A DNA stretch of 64,000 nt from an uncultured virus (IMG/VR IMGVR_UViG_2061766007_000442) (IMGVR_UViG_2061766007_000442), one strand, 5' to 3'; shown: positions 9,809 to 21,352, counted from the stretch's first letter. Notes: a model not told the origin generated them from the sequence alone. Numbers and translations are program-made.

Positions 9809-10093
9809 TTATATACTATCATCCCAATCACTTCATTCCCCAGTAGCATCATCATATATTTTATTCAATTCCCATCTAGGTCTATCATGATGACGTTCAT
9901 CCCAAGGTATCCTACGACACTCTTTATAAAATCTAGGACATTGTGCATTATAAGCAGCTATATCATCTTTATGCTCTATCACTATATGCGGTTCATACAC
10001 AGTTTGATGTGTAGCAAATGTTTCATTAATCCATACTTCTTCATATTCTACTTTCTCTATAAGTTCACCACCACAATACTTACACTTCATCAT
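9809..10093 (-). CDS. hypothetical Zn-ribbon protein (TGA read as Trp near the C-terminus)
   Basis: CKYCG start; TGA at 9833-9835 continues as GE[W]SDWDDSI-TAA; boundaries approximate. Confidence 0.5.
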
Positions 10094-10859
10094 ACTTCTC
10101 CTTATATGCTTCAAGATACCCTTTGGGTAAACTTTGCATATCATACGCTCCAGACTCCAACCACGCCTTAGCTACCTCCGCATCAGGTAAAACTAAATCA
10201 TCTATTATATCTTCATTAACTTCATATTTATTTTCAAGATAAGTTTTAGCAGCTTTAATTTGAACAGGAGCAATTTGATTTACACTATACAGTTCATGAT
10301 AAGTACCATGTTTACCCGGTCTACCTTGTGCTTCATGTCCATAATTAATAAAACCTAATTCTTCCAATGTAGTTAATGCTTGTTGTAACATATTCATATT
10401 TACTGTACTATTACTATAACCTATATCACTTAACAATTCTTTATAAGAAAAGAAATAATTTTCAAAATGCCTATAAGTTATATGCATATTATACTTATTT
10501 AACATATAACAATATACTTTAAAACAAAAATCACTAAGATTGTTTATACAATATTTTGCAGTAGGAACTACCAATTTCAAAAAATTACTACTAACAGGAT
10601 TAATATAATAATATTTATTATCTTCCTCTATAATATTTAAATCTATAAATGTTTGTATTATAATTTTACATTTATATTTACTTAATTTTAAAACTTGTTT
10701 TAATTGTCCTAAAAATTCTTGTTTTTCAATTACTCTTTGATTAGTAGCTAAATCTACAGTACCTAAAAAATTACTTAAAGCCATACCTCTTAAATTATAA
10801 TTTTTTTCTTTCATGTTATCAGGATGAATATCCACCATGATATAATCTTCTTTAACCAT
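10080..10859 (-). CDS. putative replication initiator / winged-helix protein
   Basis: FKVYCYML and ALTTLEELGFINY wHTH-like segments; lies directly beside the iteron array. Confidence 0.5.
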   Translation of the reverse strand: MVKEDYIMVDIHPDNMKEKNYNLRGMALSNFLGTVDLATNQRVIEKQEFLGQLKQVLKLSKYKCKIIIQTFIDLNIIEEDNKYYYINPVSSNFLKLVVPTAKYCINNLSDFCFKVYCYMLNKYNMHITYRHFENYFFSYKELLSDIGYSNSTVNMNMLQQALTTLEELGFINYGHEAQGRPGKHGTYHELYSVNQIAPVQIKAAKTYLENKYEVNEDIIDDLVLPDAEVAKAWLESGAYDMQSLPKGYLEAYKEKYDEV

Positions 10860-10991
10860 ATTTCAACTCCAATTTTCAAAATTAACTATAAAATCGCTAG
10901 CGATTAGCCGAAGGCTAATCGGCTAGCCTTTTTTCTGTCGNNNNNNNNNNNNNNNNNNNNNNNNNNNNNNNNNNNNNNNNNNNNNNNNNNG

Positions 10992-11252
10992 AGCAGACAT
11001 TTTTTTATACTTTAGCAGACATTTTTTTATAGGTTAGCAGACATTTTTTTAATATTAGCAGACATTTTTTGCAGTTGTTATACTTTTCTATACGCCCATA
11101 TCCAAAATTCCCGCCAACCTCAACATATTAGCAGACATTTTTTTACACTTTAGCAGACATTTTTTATATTATCAGACATTTTTTATATAGTTAGCAGACA
11201 AATTTTATATAGTTAGCAGACATTTTTTTACAGGTTAGCAGACATTTTTTGC
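10992..11252. repeat. iteron-like direct repeats, about 10 x TTAGCAGACATTTTTT (period ~21-22 bp); probable origin of replication
   Basis: two blocks of copies (10992-11075 and 11128-11252); palindrome at 10897-10928. Confidence 0.7.
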
Positions 11253-12590
11253 ACCTTACACATAAAACACAAAACCAACCATGCGGCCGTCCATCCAATT
11301 CGATGTCCTCTATCTGAACAATATACTATACCCACTATAATTATTATACCATAAAAAAAGAAAATAGTAAAGCTCCCTTACGGGAGCTTTGTATGCCAAT
11401 CTTTCATATTTCCAAATTCATTTTTAGCTATAAACCATGAAGAAAACATGCAAGCTAAATAATCATCAATTTGAGCTAACTTGCGGTAGCCGCACTCGGA
11501 ACATGTCACAGTCAATATATGTCTAGGAGGTATATCCTTTTGGTTATAGATTTCCCAATGAAAATCCTCCAAGAGTTCCGAAGTATACCCACAATTAGGN
11601 NNNNNNNNNCTCATCAATTTGAGCTAACTTGCGGTAGCCGCACTCGGAACATGTAACAGTCAATATATGTCTAGGAGGTATATCCTTTTGGTTATATATT
11701 TCCCAATGAAAATCCTCCAAGAGTTCCGAAGTATACCCACAATTAGGNNNNNNNNNNTTGCGGGGTTATGCAGGCTCACGGACATTCAATATAGCACTCT
11801 AGTACACGTTCACTAGCAAAAGTCATAGGACAATACATTATTTAACCTCACAATAATTCTTGACTTNNNNNNNNNNACACTTCATCTTCTACTTCCTCTT
11901 CCTGTTCTAACATTTCTTCAGGTAAAACTTCAAGATTAATACCTACATTATTAGCTTCACCACGAATAGCATTAAATGCTACAGAACATCCATAGCCCTG
12001 CGGGGTTATACAGGCTCACGGACATTCGATATAGCACTCTAGTACACGTTCACTAACAAAAGTCATAGGACAATACATTATTTAACCTCACAATAATTCT
12101 TGACTTTTGGACTGAAATCGCCATACTCGATGCTGCGGTAGCCACAGTCAAAACATACGATGCGGCGCATCCAAATGTCATGCTTAATTCCCTTATCCTT
12201 ACTGTAGTAACGACCAACCTTCACTTCAACGTTATGGCTGCCGCANNNNNNNNNNNNNNNNNNNNNNNNNNNNNNNNNNNNNNNNNNNNNNNNNNNNNNN
12301 NNNNCTTCATCATCATAGTCGGGATCACGCGACAATGCGGGCATACACTCAAGGAAGCCGCCCTGCCAGCCATAAGACATACCCTCGATAAAGATAACCG
12401 AGCACGACTCGCCAAACTTGTTGGTAAACTTGGTGCGCTGGAAGTGCGTACCAAACTGATAGACACTGTCATCATACCATCTGATTCCAGCCTTGTCCAG
12501 CATCTTACGCAGCTTCACCATTTCATAAGTCATTTTTGAACCCCTTTCTCTTTATATAATTATTATACTATAAAAGAGAAGTTTAGTCAA

Positions 12591-12899
12591 TTAGTTTTTA
12601 AAAGCAGACTTCCATTTACAATATTTGGTTCCAATAGTATCAGTAATGTATCTAATTTTCTCTGCCCCAATCATTACTTTAGTACCAGTAGTATAATCAT
12701 ATTTAAGGCGTCCCTTATAAGCGTAACATTCATTATTGTAACCCAAATATCTACAATTATAACAATGACGATTATTATGCCGCATTTTTAGAAGTCGAAT
12801 TCTACGAACGGGACTCCATGCTCCTGTAGACCAACAATAGGCTAAAATATAGCATAGAATAATCAACATGAACATTAAAATAACAAACCATACATTCAT
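12591..12899 (-). CDS. hypothetical membrane-anchored Cys-rich protein
   Basis: N-terminal TM segment, CxxC motif. Confidence 0.5.
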   Translation of the reverse strand: MNVWFVILMFMLIILCYILAYCWSTGAWSPVRRIRLLKMRHNNRHCYNCRYLGYNNECYAYKGRLKYDYTTGTKVMIGAEKIRYITDTIGTKYCKWKSAFKN

Positions 12900-12913
12900 T
12901 AAGTATCACCTGA

Positions 12914-13309
12914 TTAACTAATATTGAGTTCATATAAAGTAGGGTCAAAATAAACACCTAATTTATCATTATCACCCATAGAACCATAATCATGCTTTAT
13001 ACGTTGCGGGATAGCCAAAAAATCAATTTCTTGTTCTATATAAGGTTTGCGGGGAAGCTGCCTCCGCACCCACCACTCGCTACCATCATATCCATACCGC
13101 TCAAACCAAGAACCATCTTTAAATACTATTATAAGGTCAATGGCAACTTCTGCGGAACCATATCCCGAATTATATTCCGTAATAGCTGCAATCTCTCGAA
13201 AATTATCAACTGAAATTGAAAAATCTTTACATGCTATAAAGTCCACATCTTCCCAATGTAGACCATAATAGCTCATTTTTCCTTCTGTTTCAAGTAAAAG
13301 ATTAGTCAT
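12914..13309 (-). CDS. hypothetical phage protein
   Basis: Y.SGYG...DL.IVF.DG.W..R..YDGSEWW pattern seen in phage proteins. Confidence 0.6.
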   Translation of the reverse strand: MTNLLLETEGKMSYYGLHWEDVDFIACKDFSISVDNFREIAAITEYNSGYGSAEVAIDLIIVFKDGSWFERYGYDGSEWWVRRQLPRKPYIEQEIDFLAIPQRIKHDYGSMGDNDKLGVYFDPTLYELNIS

Positions 13310-13649
13310 TGTAACCAAAAAACCTTTTCAGAGTCTTTACATCTTCTTTATCCAGATGACTGATAATATCTTCTTCTTCAATATCATCATCGTCATCACA
13401 CCATTTGCGGAGTTCCTCTACATAAATATTAGTATCCTCATACAGCTTCTTCGCCATAGCTGCGAGTAAACCCTTTTCCTGATCATACCGCTCGCCTTCG
13501 GCGCACCGTACCCTAGTATGCGAACCATCCTTCCATTTGACAACTGTGACAGGGCCGCTAAAGATTACGTTATCTATAAGACCTCGAAGTCGAGAATTGC
13601 GTTTCTGAATTGCTTTTAATTCTCTTTCAGCTTGACGCTTCTCTTCCAT
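13302..13649 (-). CDS. hypothetical phage protein
   Basis: VIF.GP.TVV.W.DG..T.V.C...YD.EKGL motif. Confidence 0.6.
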   Translation of the reverse strand: MEEKRQAERELKAIQKRNSRLRGLIDNVIFSGPVTVVKWKDGSHTRVRCAEGERYDQEKGLLAAMAKKLYEDTNIYVEELRKWCDDDDDIEEEDIISHLDKEDVKTLKRFFGYND

Positions 13650-14101
13650 TTCTTTTACACAATCAAATTTATCAACAATTTGCTTGATAACCGCATCATC
13701 AAGTTGTCCGTTAATAGAAACTACATAATCAGTATATATTTTACTTCCAGTTGTAGAAGTAGTGCTAGTAGTTCAGGTATAAGGTTGTTTATATGTAATA
13801 TCATAGTTGATACTGTTAGTATATTTATCGGTCATTAGCGTATCCACTCTCCTTTAGAGCTTTCTCATATTCAACAATAAAATCTTGGAGTGCGGCGGTA
13901 GCGTTATCGCACTCAATACCAAACTCGGCTGCGCACTCCTTAATCAACGTAATAGTACGAGTAAGTTCAACAACATTGAACTCCTCTTCGATAATGACGC
14001 GCTCCATTTCGTCTGCAACATCAAGAGCATCATAATATGCATCTTCCTGAAAGTAGAAGTACTCGTCATTAATATCGTCAACATCAGGCATATAATACTG
14101 T

Positions 14102-14551
14102 TTAACGAACCCCATTGTTTTCACCCCACCAATCTTTAGCAAGTTCAAGAGCTCTGTCACGACCAAGATGCTTCGCATATTCATCGACAATGGTGTTGCG
14201 GGCTTCAAGTTCCCACTCACCATAGGCTTCCATACCCATATCCTCGATAAGCCAATTTTCCATCTCTTGAGAGAGCTCAACATTACTATCAATGCGGAAA
14301 GACTTAATGAAACCATCAATGATGCACCATTTCATCCAACTAAGTTCTCGATCAATGATGCGGTTCATTTCTTCAATGGCACCTTCCTTAACCTTAGGAA
14401 GAGCACCTTCGCCAAGTTCTCCAGCCATATAGAGCATAGCTTCTTGGTCTTCAAAGAACTTCCAGTTGAGCCGGTCGCAGAAACGATTAAACCAATCTTT
14501 GGCAAGAAGGTCATCATCAAAATAATTAAATTTTTCGTTCCAGTCAGTCAT
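14102..14551 (-). CDS. hypothetical acidic protein
   Basis: GGGGT RBS, own promoter. Confidence 0.55.
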   Translation of the reverse strand: MTDWNEKFNYFDDDLLAKDWFNRFCDRLNWKFFEDQEAMLYMAGELGEGALPKVKEGAIEEMNRIIDRELSWMKWCIIDGFIKSFRIDSNVELSQEMENWLIEDMGMEAYGEWELEARNTIVDEYAKHLGRDRALELAKDWWGENNGVR

Positions 14552-14613
14552 TTTTACCCCCTTCTTTTTCTTTCTATATATATTATATCAAAAAAAAATA
14601 GGGCTGACAAGAA

Positions 14614-15198
14614 TTATTTTTCTTGTACAGCCCTAAGCATATTATATTGTTTGGTATATTCATACATAATAACCGTGGCGGCCGATGCAACATTCAAACT
14701 CCGCACCGAACCATATTGTCGAATATAAACCATTCTATCACACATTTGTATATGTTCTTCAGATAAGCCGTCACCTTCTTCGCCATACACAAATGCAGAT
14801 TTAATAGGTAGTTCTACATCCATTATATTTTCAGGATTGAATTTTTTAATATTATCTACGGCAAAAATTGTATATCCTTCAGAATGAAGTTTATCTATGA
14901 CTTCCCGCAGATTATCAGCATGAAACACATTTTCAAAATGAAAAGTCCCAACGGTACCCCGCACATCATATTTGCGGCGACCTACAATATAAACTTCTTT
15001 TCCCAAAAATGCGTTGTGACTCCGAATTGCCGAACCTTTATTGAAGTCTCCCGAAAGGTTAATAAAAATATTTACGCATTGACTTCTATTCTTTTGGAGG
15101 TCAGCACGAATTTCATCATTCAACCAATGTTTATATTTATCTGCAACATTTCTATTAGTACCATTATAATCTTGTCCAAAAGAATAAGAAGTAATCAT
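14614..15198 (-). CDS. TrmH/SpoU (SPOUT) RNA 2'-O-methyltransferase
   Basis: N.GSAIRS, G.EGDGLS and YI...GSVRSLNVASAA motifs. Confidence 0.85.
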   Translation of the reverse strand: MITSYSFGQDYNGTNRNVADKYKHWLNDEIRADLQKNRSQCVNIFINLSGDFNKGSAIRSHNAFLGKEVYIVGRRKYDVRGTVGTFHFENVFHADNLREVIDKLHSEGYTIFAVDNIKKFNPENIMDVELPIKSAFVYGEEGDGLSEEHIQMCDRMVYIRQYGSVRSLNVASAATVIMYEYTKQYNMLRAVQEK

Positions 15199-15199
15199 T

Positions 15200-15475
15200 T
15201 TATCTTTCCATTACATTTTGAATCGCAGCAATCAAATATTCCAATTTAGGAATTTCAGCTCTTTTATTCCATGCCCTAGTTAGAACGAGTAAATCATCAC
15301 ATGCCCAGATATTTCCCAAACATCCTGGAGTGTTGCATCCCACATGTCGATATACCTTTTCTCTTGGGTCATGAATATCTATGTGAGCTTCTTCCCCACA
15401 ATAAGGACAATTATACATCAATTTTACTGAATGTTCAATCATTATTAATCCTTCGGTTTTATTTGTGTTGCCCAT
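15200..15475 (-). CDS. Lar-like (restriction alleviation) Zn-ribbon protein
   Basis: CPYCG...C...C...AWNKR pattern. Confidence 0.55.
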   Translation of the reverse strand: MGNTNKTEGLIMIEHSVKLMYNCPYCGEEAHIDIHDPREKVYRHVGCNTPGCLGNIWACDDLLVLTRAWNKRAEIPKLEYLIAAIQNVMER

Positions 15476-16587
15476 ATAAATCCATCCCTACCACAACTGG
15501 GACATTTCCTATCATTATCTTTTGTCTTATAATAGAATATATCACAATTGCGGCAATAGATTTGATAACTCATTTTTGTTTTTTGTTTCCTTTTTCCAAA
15601 CATATCTACTTACCGCCCTTAAACCACTTANNNNNNNNNNAGCAATCTCCCAGCTATTATTATAACGCTTGTAAGCGCTACCACTGGGAATATTACGACA
15701 ACGCTGCGAGCGACGAAGTCGACGATTAAACAACTTCTTCATCGACTTGTCACCCGCAGTCTTGAAAACATAATTATGTCGATAACTGCGAGACATTATA
15801 CTAAATCCCTTTTCACACATCCATACCACTTGCCATCCATATAAATATCAATGGTTTTAATGAAGTGGTAATGTTCCATCTTCCATTTTACAAACTCTAT
15901 CATTTCAAGAGCAGTACCACAGTCCCAATTAGTACCATAGTTTTCTGTCTGATCACAATGAAACTCCAAGTACCAGCTGTGCGGCTGGTGCGTGGGGCAA
16001 TAAATAGTATAGTCTGGCATTACATCCTCCTAATCACGTTCAATATCGCCCCACCATTTAGTAGTAGCATCTTCAGTTTTCCAAATGAAAATTCGAGAAA
16101 CGTCGCAGTAGCACTCCATTTCTCCATAAACTGCTTGTAGAATCTCTGTAGCAGTATAGTGCGTCATTGGGCGCACGAAATAATCGTCACCATCATCCAG
16201 TATGATTTCAAGCTCCCAATCATAGTGTTCGAAATTGTCCAGGTCAAGCGGACAACGCAGAGTGTAAGCCATTGTGGTTCTCCTATCCGCAGTCAGGACC
16301 ATAGTAGTACAGGTCAAGTGCCGCGTCCTCGATGAAGGTCTCGTCCAAGTCAAACTTATCAGCGTAATAGGCGATAGCCTCTTCGTACTCATCGTATAGC
16401 TCATCCTCATAGAAAGTAGCGATGCGGGCGACAGCCTTGTCGAAACGCTCGTCCTCGATGCAGTTATCAACTATGTTCAGCTTAACCTTTGCCATTTTTT
16501 CTTCTCCCCTCTCTTTATATTAATATTATAACATAAAAAAAAAGAGCAGACAAGCACTAATTTTAGCTTTCCTACTCTAGTGTTTGC

Positions 16588-16677
16588 TGGCCGAGCGCTG
16601 ACGTGTCGATCGCCATACCGTATACGGGTACCAACTGTTTTCTAGACAGTGCCAGAGGCCGCTCTGGTTAACGCTCG
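16588..16677 (-). tRNA. non-canonical tRNA, 8/4 allo-tRNA-like, anticodon AGA (Ser)
   Basis: 8-bp acceptor, 6-bp D stem with 4-nt loop, long V arm, 4-bp T stem, G73-CCA. Confidence 0.7.
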
Positions 16678-16681
16678 TATA

Positions 16682-16904
16682 TGGCGGAGAGTGTGAGATT
16701 TGAACTCACGAAACGATGCAATCGTTTACTCGCTTAGCAGGCGAGCGCTTTCANNNNNNNNNNATATGAAAATATTCATCTATATATCCTATATCATCTT
16801 GATACATCCATTCTNNNNNNNNNNGCCACTCAGCCAACTCTCCATTAAAAAACCAAATTATCCATTAAACATTCTNNNNNNNNNNACCACTCAGCCAACT
16901 CTCC
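16682..16904 (-). tRNA. tRNA-Ser(GCT), interrupted by assembly gaps and duplications
   Basis: 3' part 16682-16753 (CTCGC-CTGCTAA-GCGAG, long V arm, CCA); 5' part GGAGAGTTGGCTGAGTGG at 16887-16904. Confidence 0.8.
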
Positions 16905-16905
16905 A

Positions 16906-17130
16906 TTAAAAAACCAAATTATCCATTAAACATTCTATATCGCGTTTTTCTATAGGAGTATGAAAATATTCATCTATATATCCTATATCATCTTGATACA
17001 TCCATTCTAATATACCAATAGGAACCCAAATATTTTCATCTTTTTGTTCCATTTTTTCAATTTCACGAACAACACGACGAAAGTTTAATCGACTGAATTT
17101 CATATATCTTATCCTTAAACAAATGTCCAT
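16906..17130 (-). CDS. hypothetical protein
   Basis: ORF coupled to the upstream endonuclease gene. Confidence 0.4.
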   Translation of the reverse strand: MDICLRIRYMKFSRLNFRRVVREIEKMEQKDENIWVPIGILEWMYQDDIGYIDEYFHTPIEKRDIECLMDNLVF

Positions 17131-17755
17131 TCATACCCATATGCTGTTTTACGTTCTTTTTTCGCGGCTCTTCCAATTAATGCCCCTACCGAACGTAATT
17201 TACCTTGACTTTTATCATTATCAATAATTCATTGTGCGGCATCTTCTATTTTAATAAAAGTATATAATACTTCTCCAGTATTTTTATCTATCATTTGTAA
17301 AGATTTACTATTTCGTAAACGTTGATTTGATTGAGTATCTTTAATTCCAGAGTTTATTAATGCTTTTCGTACAGTATCAGTATCACACTCAAATTCTTCT
17401 GCGATTTCTTTTATTAATTTACCTTCTAAATAAGCATTAACTAATTCTTGGTAATTATATCGAACAGTACCGTCACCACCTAAAGTTGCATTATAGCCTT
17501 TGCTATAACTAGAATAATAATTAATTCAATATTGTTCTTGTTGAGACAATAAGCTAACATCACACTGTTCTAATAATTCAATATAAAAATGTTCGACACC
17601 ATATTTGTGCATAGCGTTATATAATGGTCTATGTTGTCTATNNNNNNNNNNNNNNNNNNNNNNNNNNNNNGTTCTTCTATACTAGGTAATAAAGTTTTAC
17701 CTATATAAACTTTATCATTAATATCATTTTTTATTATATAAATATAACCGTACAT
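17115..17755 (-). CDS. GIY-YIG free-standing homing endonuclease with HTH/NUMOD C-terminus (2 TGA=Trp, one gap)
   Basis: GYIY..KVYIG, LYNAMHKYG, EQY[TGA]I, GYN.T.GGDG, KTAYGYEW. Confidence 0.8.
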
Positions 17756-18168
17756 TTTGTCCTACTTTCTGTCATTTTCTTCTATATTATATAAGAAATG
17801 ACAGATATTATTTATACAAATCTGCCAAAAATGACAGAAAAAATTTATTTTGGCAGGCNNNNNNNNNNTACGAAAAATATTATCAACTTTAAATCTAGGC
17901 AATGTAGTATTAGTAGCCCAATTATTATAATTAATAAAACTAAAATCATCAATGCGGCCGCAATGAATACAGTAAGTACCTTTGACTATCCAATGGCCAT
18001 CATCTAACAAACATGGTTTATACTCATGTTTATGTTTAGATTTCTTAACTTTTTTCTTTGCGGACTTTTTCTTATGAGGATTATCCTCGTATCCATACCA
18101 TAAATCATCCATTTTATCCCTCCATTTTTATTATACTACAAAATCAAAATGGAGTCAAGTAATTCTTT

Positions 18169-19324
18169 TTAATTGCCATAAGTGACATAAATCATATCAC
18201 TAGGTACATTACTTTCAATTACACCTACACCATAAGTAGAAGAGTGAACCATTTTCCCATTACCAACGTAAATTCCAGTATGATGACCATTTACACAAAC
18301 GTCTCCTGGTTGCGGGTTAGATGTTCTATTTCACCCAGAAAAAGTTCCAGTGGTTCCTAATCTAGTACCTTCTTGTCCAGTAAGACAATAAGAAACAAAA
18401 CCAGAACAATCGAAACCAGCAGATGTAGTGCCACCCCAAGAGTAAGGACAACCTATTTTACTATAGGCACGTTCCACTACACTAGAATCTCCATCATAAG
18501 AATAGGAATATGCGGCCGTGCTTGCGTCTGCATTTGAATAGTCTGGAATATAAACTTCTTCGCTATATGTGTATGCGGCAGCAAGCTCCGCATCAATTTC
18601 CATATATCTATTTTCTAGGTCNNNNNNNNNNTACTACACTAGAATCTCCATCATAAGAATAAGAGTACGCGGCCGTGCTTGCGTCTGCATTTGAATAATC
18701 TGGAATATAAACTTCTTCGCTATATGTATATGCGGCAGCAAGCTCCGCATCAATTTCCATATATCTATTTTCTAGGTCTACAATTGTAGCATTAGCTTCA
18801 TCCATCGCTTCTTGTGCGGCAGTTGCTGCTTCTTCAGCTTCTTTTTTAAGTTGTTGCTGTTCTTTTATATCTGTTTGTAATTGAGATTTTAAATTCTGTT
18901 GCTCCGCAATTAAATCATTTGTTTGATTTACAAATGAATTTGAATATTTAAGATTGGTAACAAAAGAATCGAAACTTTGAGTATTTAATAATACTTCAGT
19001 ATAAGGAATATCTCCATGTTTGTAAATATTAATTGCTTGTGTTTTTAGTTTACCTTGGTTGGAAATGATTTTTTGTTCTGTAACCTTGATTTCTTTTTGA
19101 AGTTTTGAAATTTGTTTTTCAGCTTCTTCACCTTTTAATATAGCTTCATTATAGTCATTGGATAATTCATCTAATTTTACTTGATATTGCTCAATCTCGG
19201 CTAAGATTTGTTGTTGCTCTTCAGTAGGATAAGCGTGTGCGGGCGTTGCAAAAATACAAGTTAATATAAAAACCAAGATAAGTGTTATAGAGAAAATGAT
19301 TAATTTCGTCTTTGATTGGCTCAT
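18169..19324 (-). CDS. secreted coiled-coil + NlpC/P60 (C40) peptidoglycan peptidase (TGA=Trp at 18331; duplicated segment at a gap)
   Basis: signal peptide, coiled coil, GCPYSWGG...FDCSGF; after the TGA comes PGD...HTGIYVG..KMVH. Confidence 0.85.
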
Positions 19325-19421
19325 TGATTCCTCCTTTCATTTCTCTATATAAAAGGAAAAAGCCGTTCATGGAACGGCTTTTAAGGTATCTTTATATATG
19401 GTTTTTATAATTCGAAATTTA

Positions 19422-19592
19422 TTATCGGTAGCCCAATTCCTTGCGCCACGACTTGTCCTTGCGGTTATAAGCCTTCTTAGACTTGTGCGGCCCATGACCG
19501 CACCCAAAACCGTTGAACTGGGTCTTCTGCGCATCAAAAATCTGCATCGACGTGATAACGCCGCACGAAATCTTGTTCTTCTTCTTAGCCAT
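19422..19592 (-). CDS. small basic hypothetical protein
   Basis: MAKKKNKI... with GGGAG RBS and own promoter. Confidence 0.5.
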   Translation of the reverse strand: MAKKKNKISCGVITSMQIFDAQKTQFNGFGCGHGPHKSKKAYNRKDKSWRKELGYR

Positions 19593-19631
19593 GATTATCT
19601 CCCTTTCTCTCACTATAATTATTATATAATA

Positions 19632-19672
19632 AAAAAAACGGGCTGTCAAAAGAAAATTTTGACAACCCGATA
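19632..19672 (-). terminator. intrinsic terminator of the large ncRNA
   Basis: CGGGTTGTCAAAA...TTTTGACAGCCCG followed by a T-tract on the - strand. Confidence 0.7.
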
Positions 19673-20880
19673 TACTTTGTCCTCTAACAAGGCTACATCA
19701 AAAACTATGAGAGACTTTCGCCTTACTCTTGTGTAATGCCCCAATATTCAGCCACGTAGGAGATAAGTCTGAACCATAGGGAGCGACCCCATAGCTTCTT
19801 ACCCCAGCATAATTGCCAGCTCTACCGCGGGATTGCTTACCCGCAACTTTCACCCACTATTCAGAAGATTACATATTTCCAAATATTAAAATACTCATCT
19901 GTTAAAATCGTTGCAGATTTGGGCTACTCGCACACCGACCTTGTCTTATAGGCAACTTACGTCACCGCAACTGCAAACTTCCTTGTTGGTATTCCGAGCT
20001 TTCTCCTACTCGGCACCACCCGGTTAGGTGTTCTCGGTTCTTCCCCACAGGGGCGTCTATTATGGAAGCGACAAGACGTTGCTTTTTGATTGCAAAACAC
20101 TCAAGCGCCATTCTGTTTTCTGTTGGAGTCATTTAACTCCTTCTGCGGATTGGTTACCTACCTCCGCAAAGTCTAAACTTGAAGTATCCCACAAGCCTGT
20201 ATCCGACTCAAGTGACAGAAGCACATGACCGTATAGCCTTACGCATACACATGTTTCACAGAGTTTTTGATATAACCTTGTCAAAGAGCAAATTGAAGGT
20301 TTCACGTTCAACCAGTGCCAACACCTACAAAGCGTCTGGAGCCGCGTATATTTAATGTGCGGAGCGACTTTCCAGCACAGTGCCCGAAGTTTTGCTTGGC
20401 GCGCTACCCAAGGTTCGCATGTACTTATTTTACGAGTCTCACATGCGAGGAAAGTCTCGGGGCATGTTCAAGTACACACCCAAACTATTTCACATTTGCG
20501 GGAACCACCCGCTATATGGGGAACGCAACCTCCCAAAGCCTTTCTACGTGGCTCAATTCGGATGGTTTTTGCCTTCTAGGATAACCAACAACCGCAGCTT
20601 TCCTCTCGTCTCAGCTACGACCCACGCCTCGTGTCGGTGAGTAGACCCAGTATTTTGTCCCGCATACCAGGGGCAGTATTCCCAGGGCTTGCATCCTGTA
20701 TCCACTTGCGGTTACGAGCAGGATATTTCTCGTAGGGAATGAAATTCCCTTTTTGAGACTTCTAACATAAGTTTCTCTCGGTTTGCCGAGTTTTTCTTAT
20801 GAAAGAATGAATCTGGGCACTTGCCGTACTGGATTACCTTATCCATCCCTGAAGTCTCAAAGAGAAAATTTCTTTCTCCT
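19673..20880 (-). ncRNA. large structured ncRNA, GOLLD-like (~1.2 kb)
   Basis: ORF-free GC-elevated tract between a TTGACT..TATAAT promoter (~20895-20930) and a terminator, next to tRNAs; 3' half has TTCTGAATAGTGGGTGAAAG, GGGGTCGCTCCC and GTGGCTGAATATT segments I recall from GOLLD. Confidence 0.7.
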
Positions 20881-20957
20881 TTAACCTTACAATATATATT
20901 ATATCAAAAATTTTTTGTTCAGTCAAGAAATTTTTTTGGCTAAACATAATTTTTTTT

Positions 20958-21032
20958 TGGTAGCTCGTCAGAGATTTGAACTCTGCTCTACGCCTTGAAA
21001 GGGCGTAATCCTAACCACTAGACGAACGAGCC
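20958..21032 (-). tRNA. tRNA-Glu(TTC)
   Basis: cloverleaf, ACGCC-CTTTCAA-GGCGT, CCA. Confidence 0.9.
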
Positions 21033-21033
21033 G

Positions 21034-21108
21034 TGGTGGCGGAGACGGGATTCGAACCCGCATTTAACAGGTTATGAGCCTGTTGAGTCACCATTACTCT
21101 ACTCCGCA
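21034..21108 (-). tRNA. tRNA-Met(CAT), 1:72 mismatch (initiator-like)
   Basis: ACAGG-CTCATAA-CCTGT, CCA. Confidence 0.85.
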
Positions 21109-21198
21109 ATGTCTTTGTATTTAATTTTCAAATTTCTTAACTCTCAATAATATTATTATACCCAAAATTTTTTATTTTGTCTATAAAAATTTTTAACT

Positions 21199-21274
21199 TG
21201 GCTAGTTTGCTTGGACTCGAACCAAGACCTGATGGAACCAGAATCCACCGCTCTACCAATTAAGCTACAAACTA
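21199..21274 (-). tRNA. tRNA-Gln(CTG)
   Basis: GTGGA-TTCTGGT-TCCAT, CCA. Confidence 0.9.
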
Positions 21275-21277
21275 ATA

Positions 21278-21352
21278 TGGCTTCCCGCCTACGACTCGAA
21301 CGTAGAATAAGAGAACCAAAATCTCTTGTGTTGCCAATTACACCAACGGGAA
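21278..21352 (-). tRNA. tRNA-Gln(TTG)
   Basis: AGAGA-TTTTGGT-TCTCT, CCA. Confidence 0.9.

Noticed and set aside
10992..11252. CRISPR array
   Set aside because: Spacers are only ~5 bp and no cas genes are present; fits iterons
16754..16885. Intron in tRNA-Ser(GCT)
   Set aside because: Intervening sequence consists of gap-flanked duplicates of the adjacent gene
20028..20640. Short ORFs inside the large ncRNA, and ORFs over tRNA clusters (24115, 26639, 27713)
   Set aside because: No RBS or protein-like features; they overlap structured RNA genes
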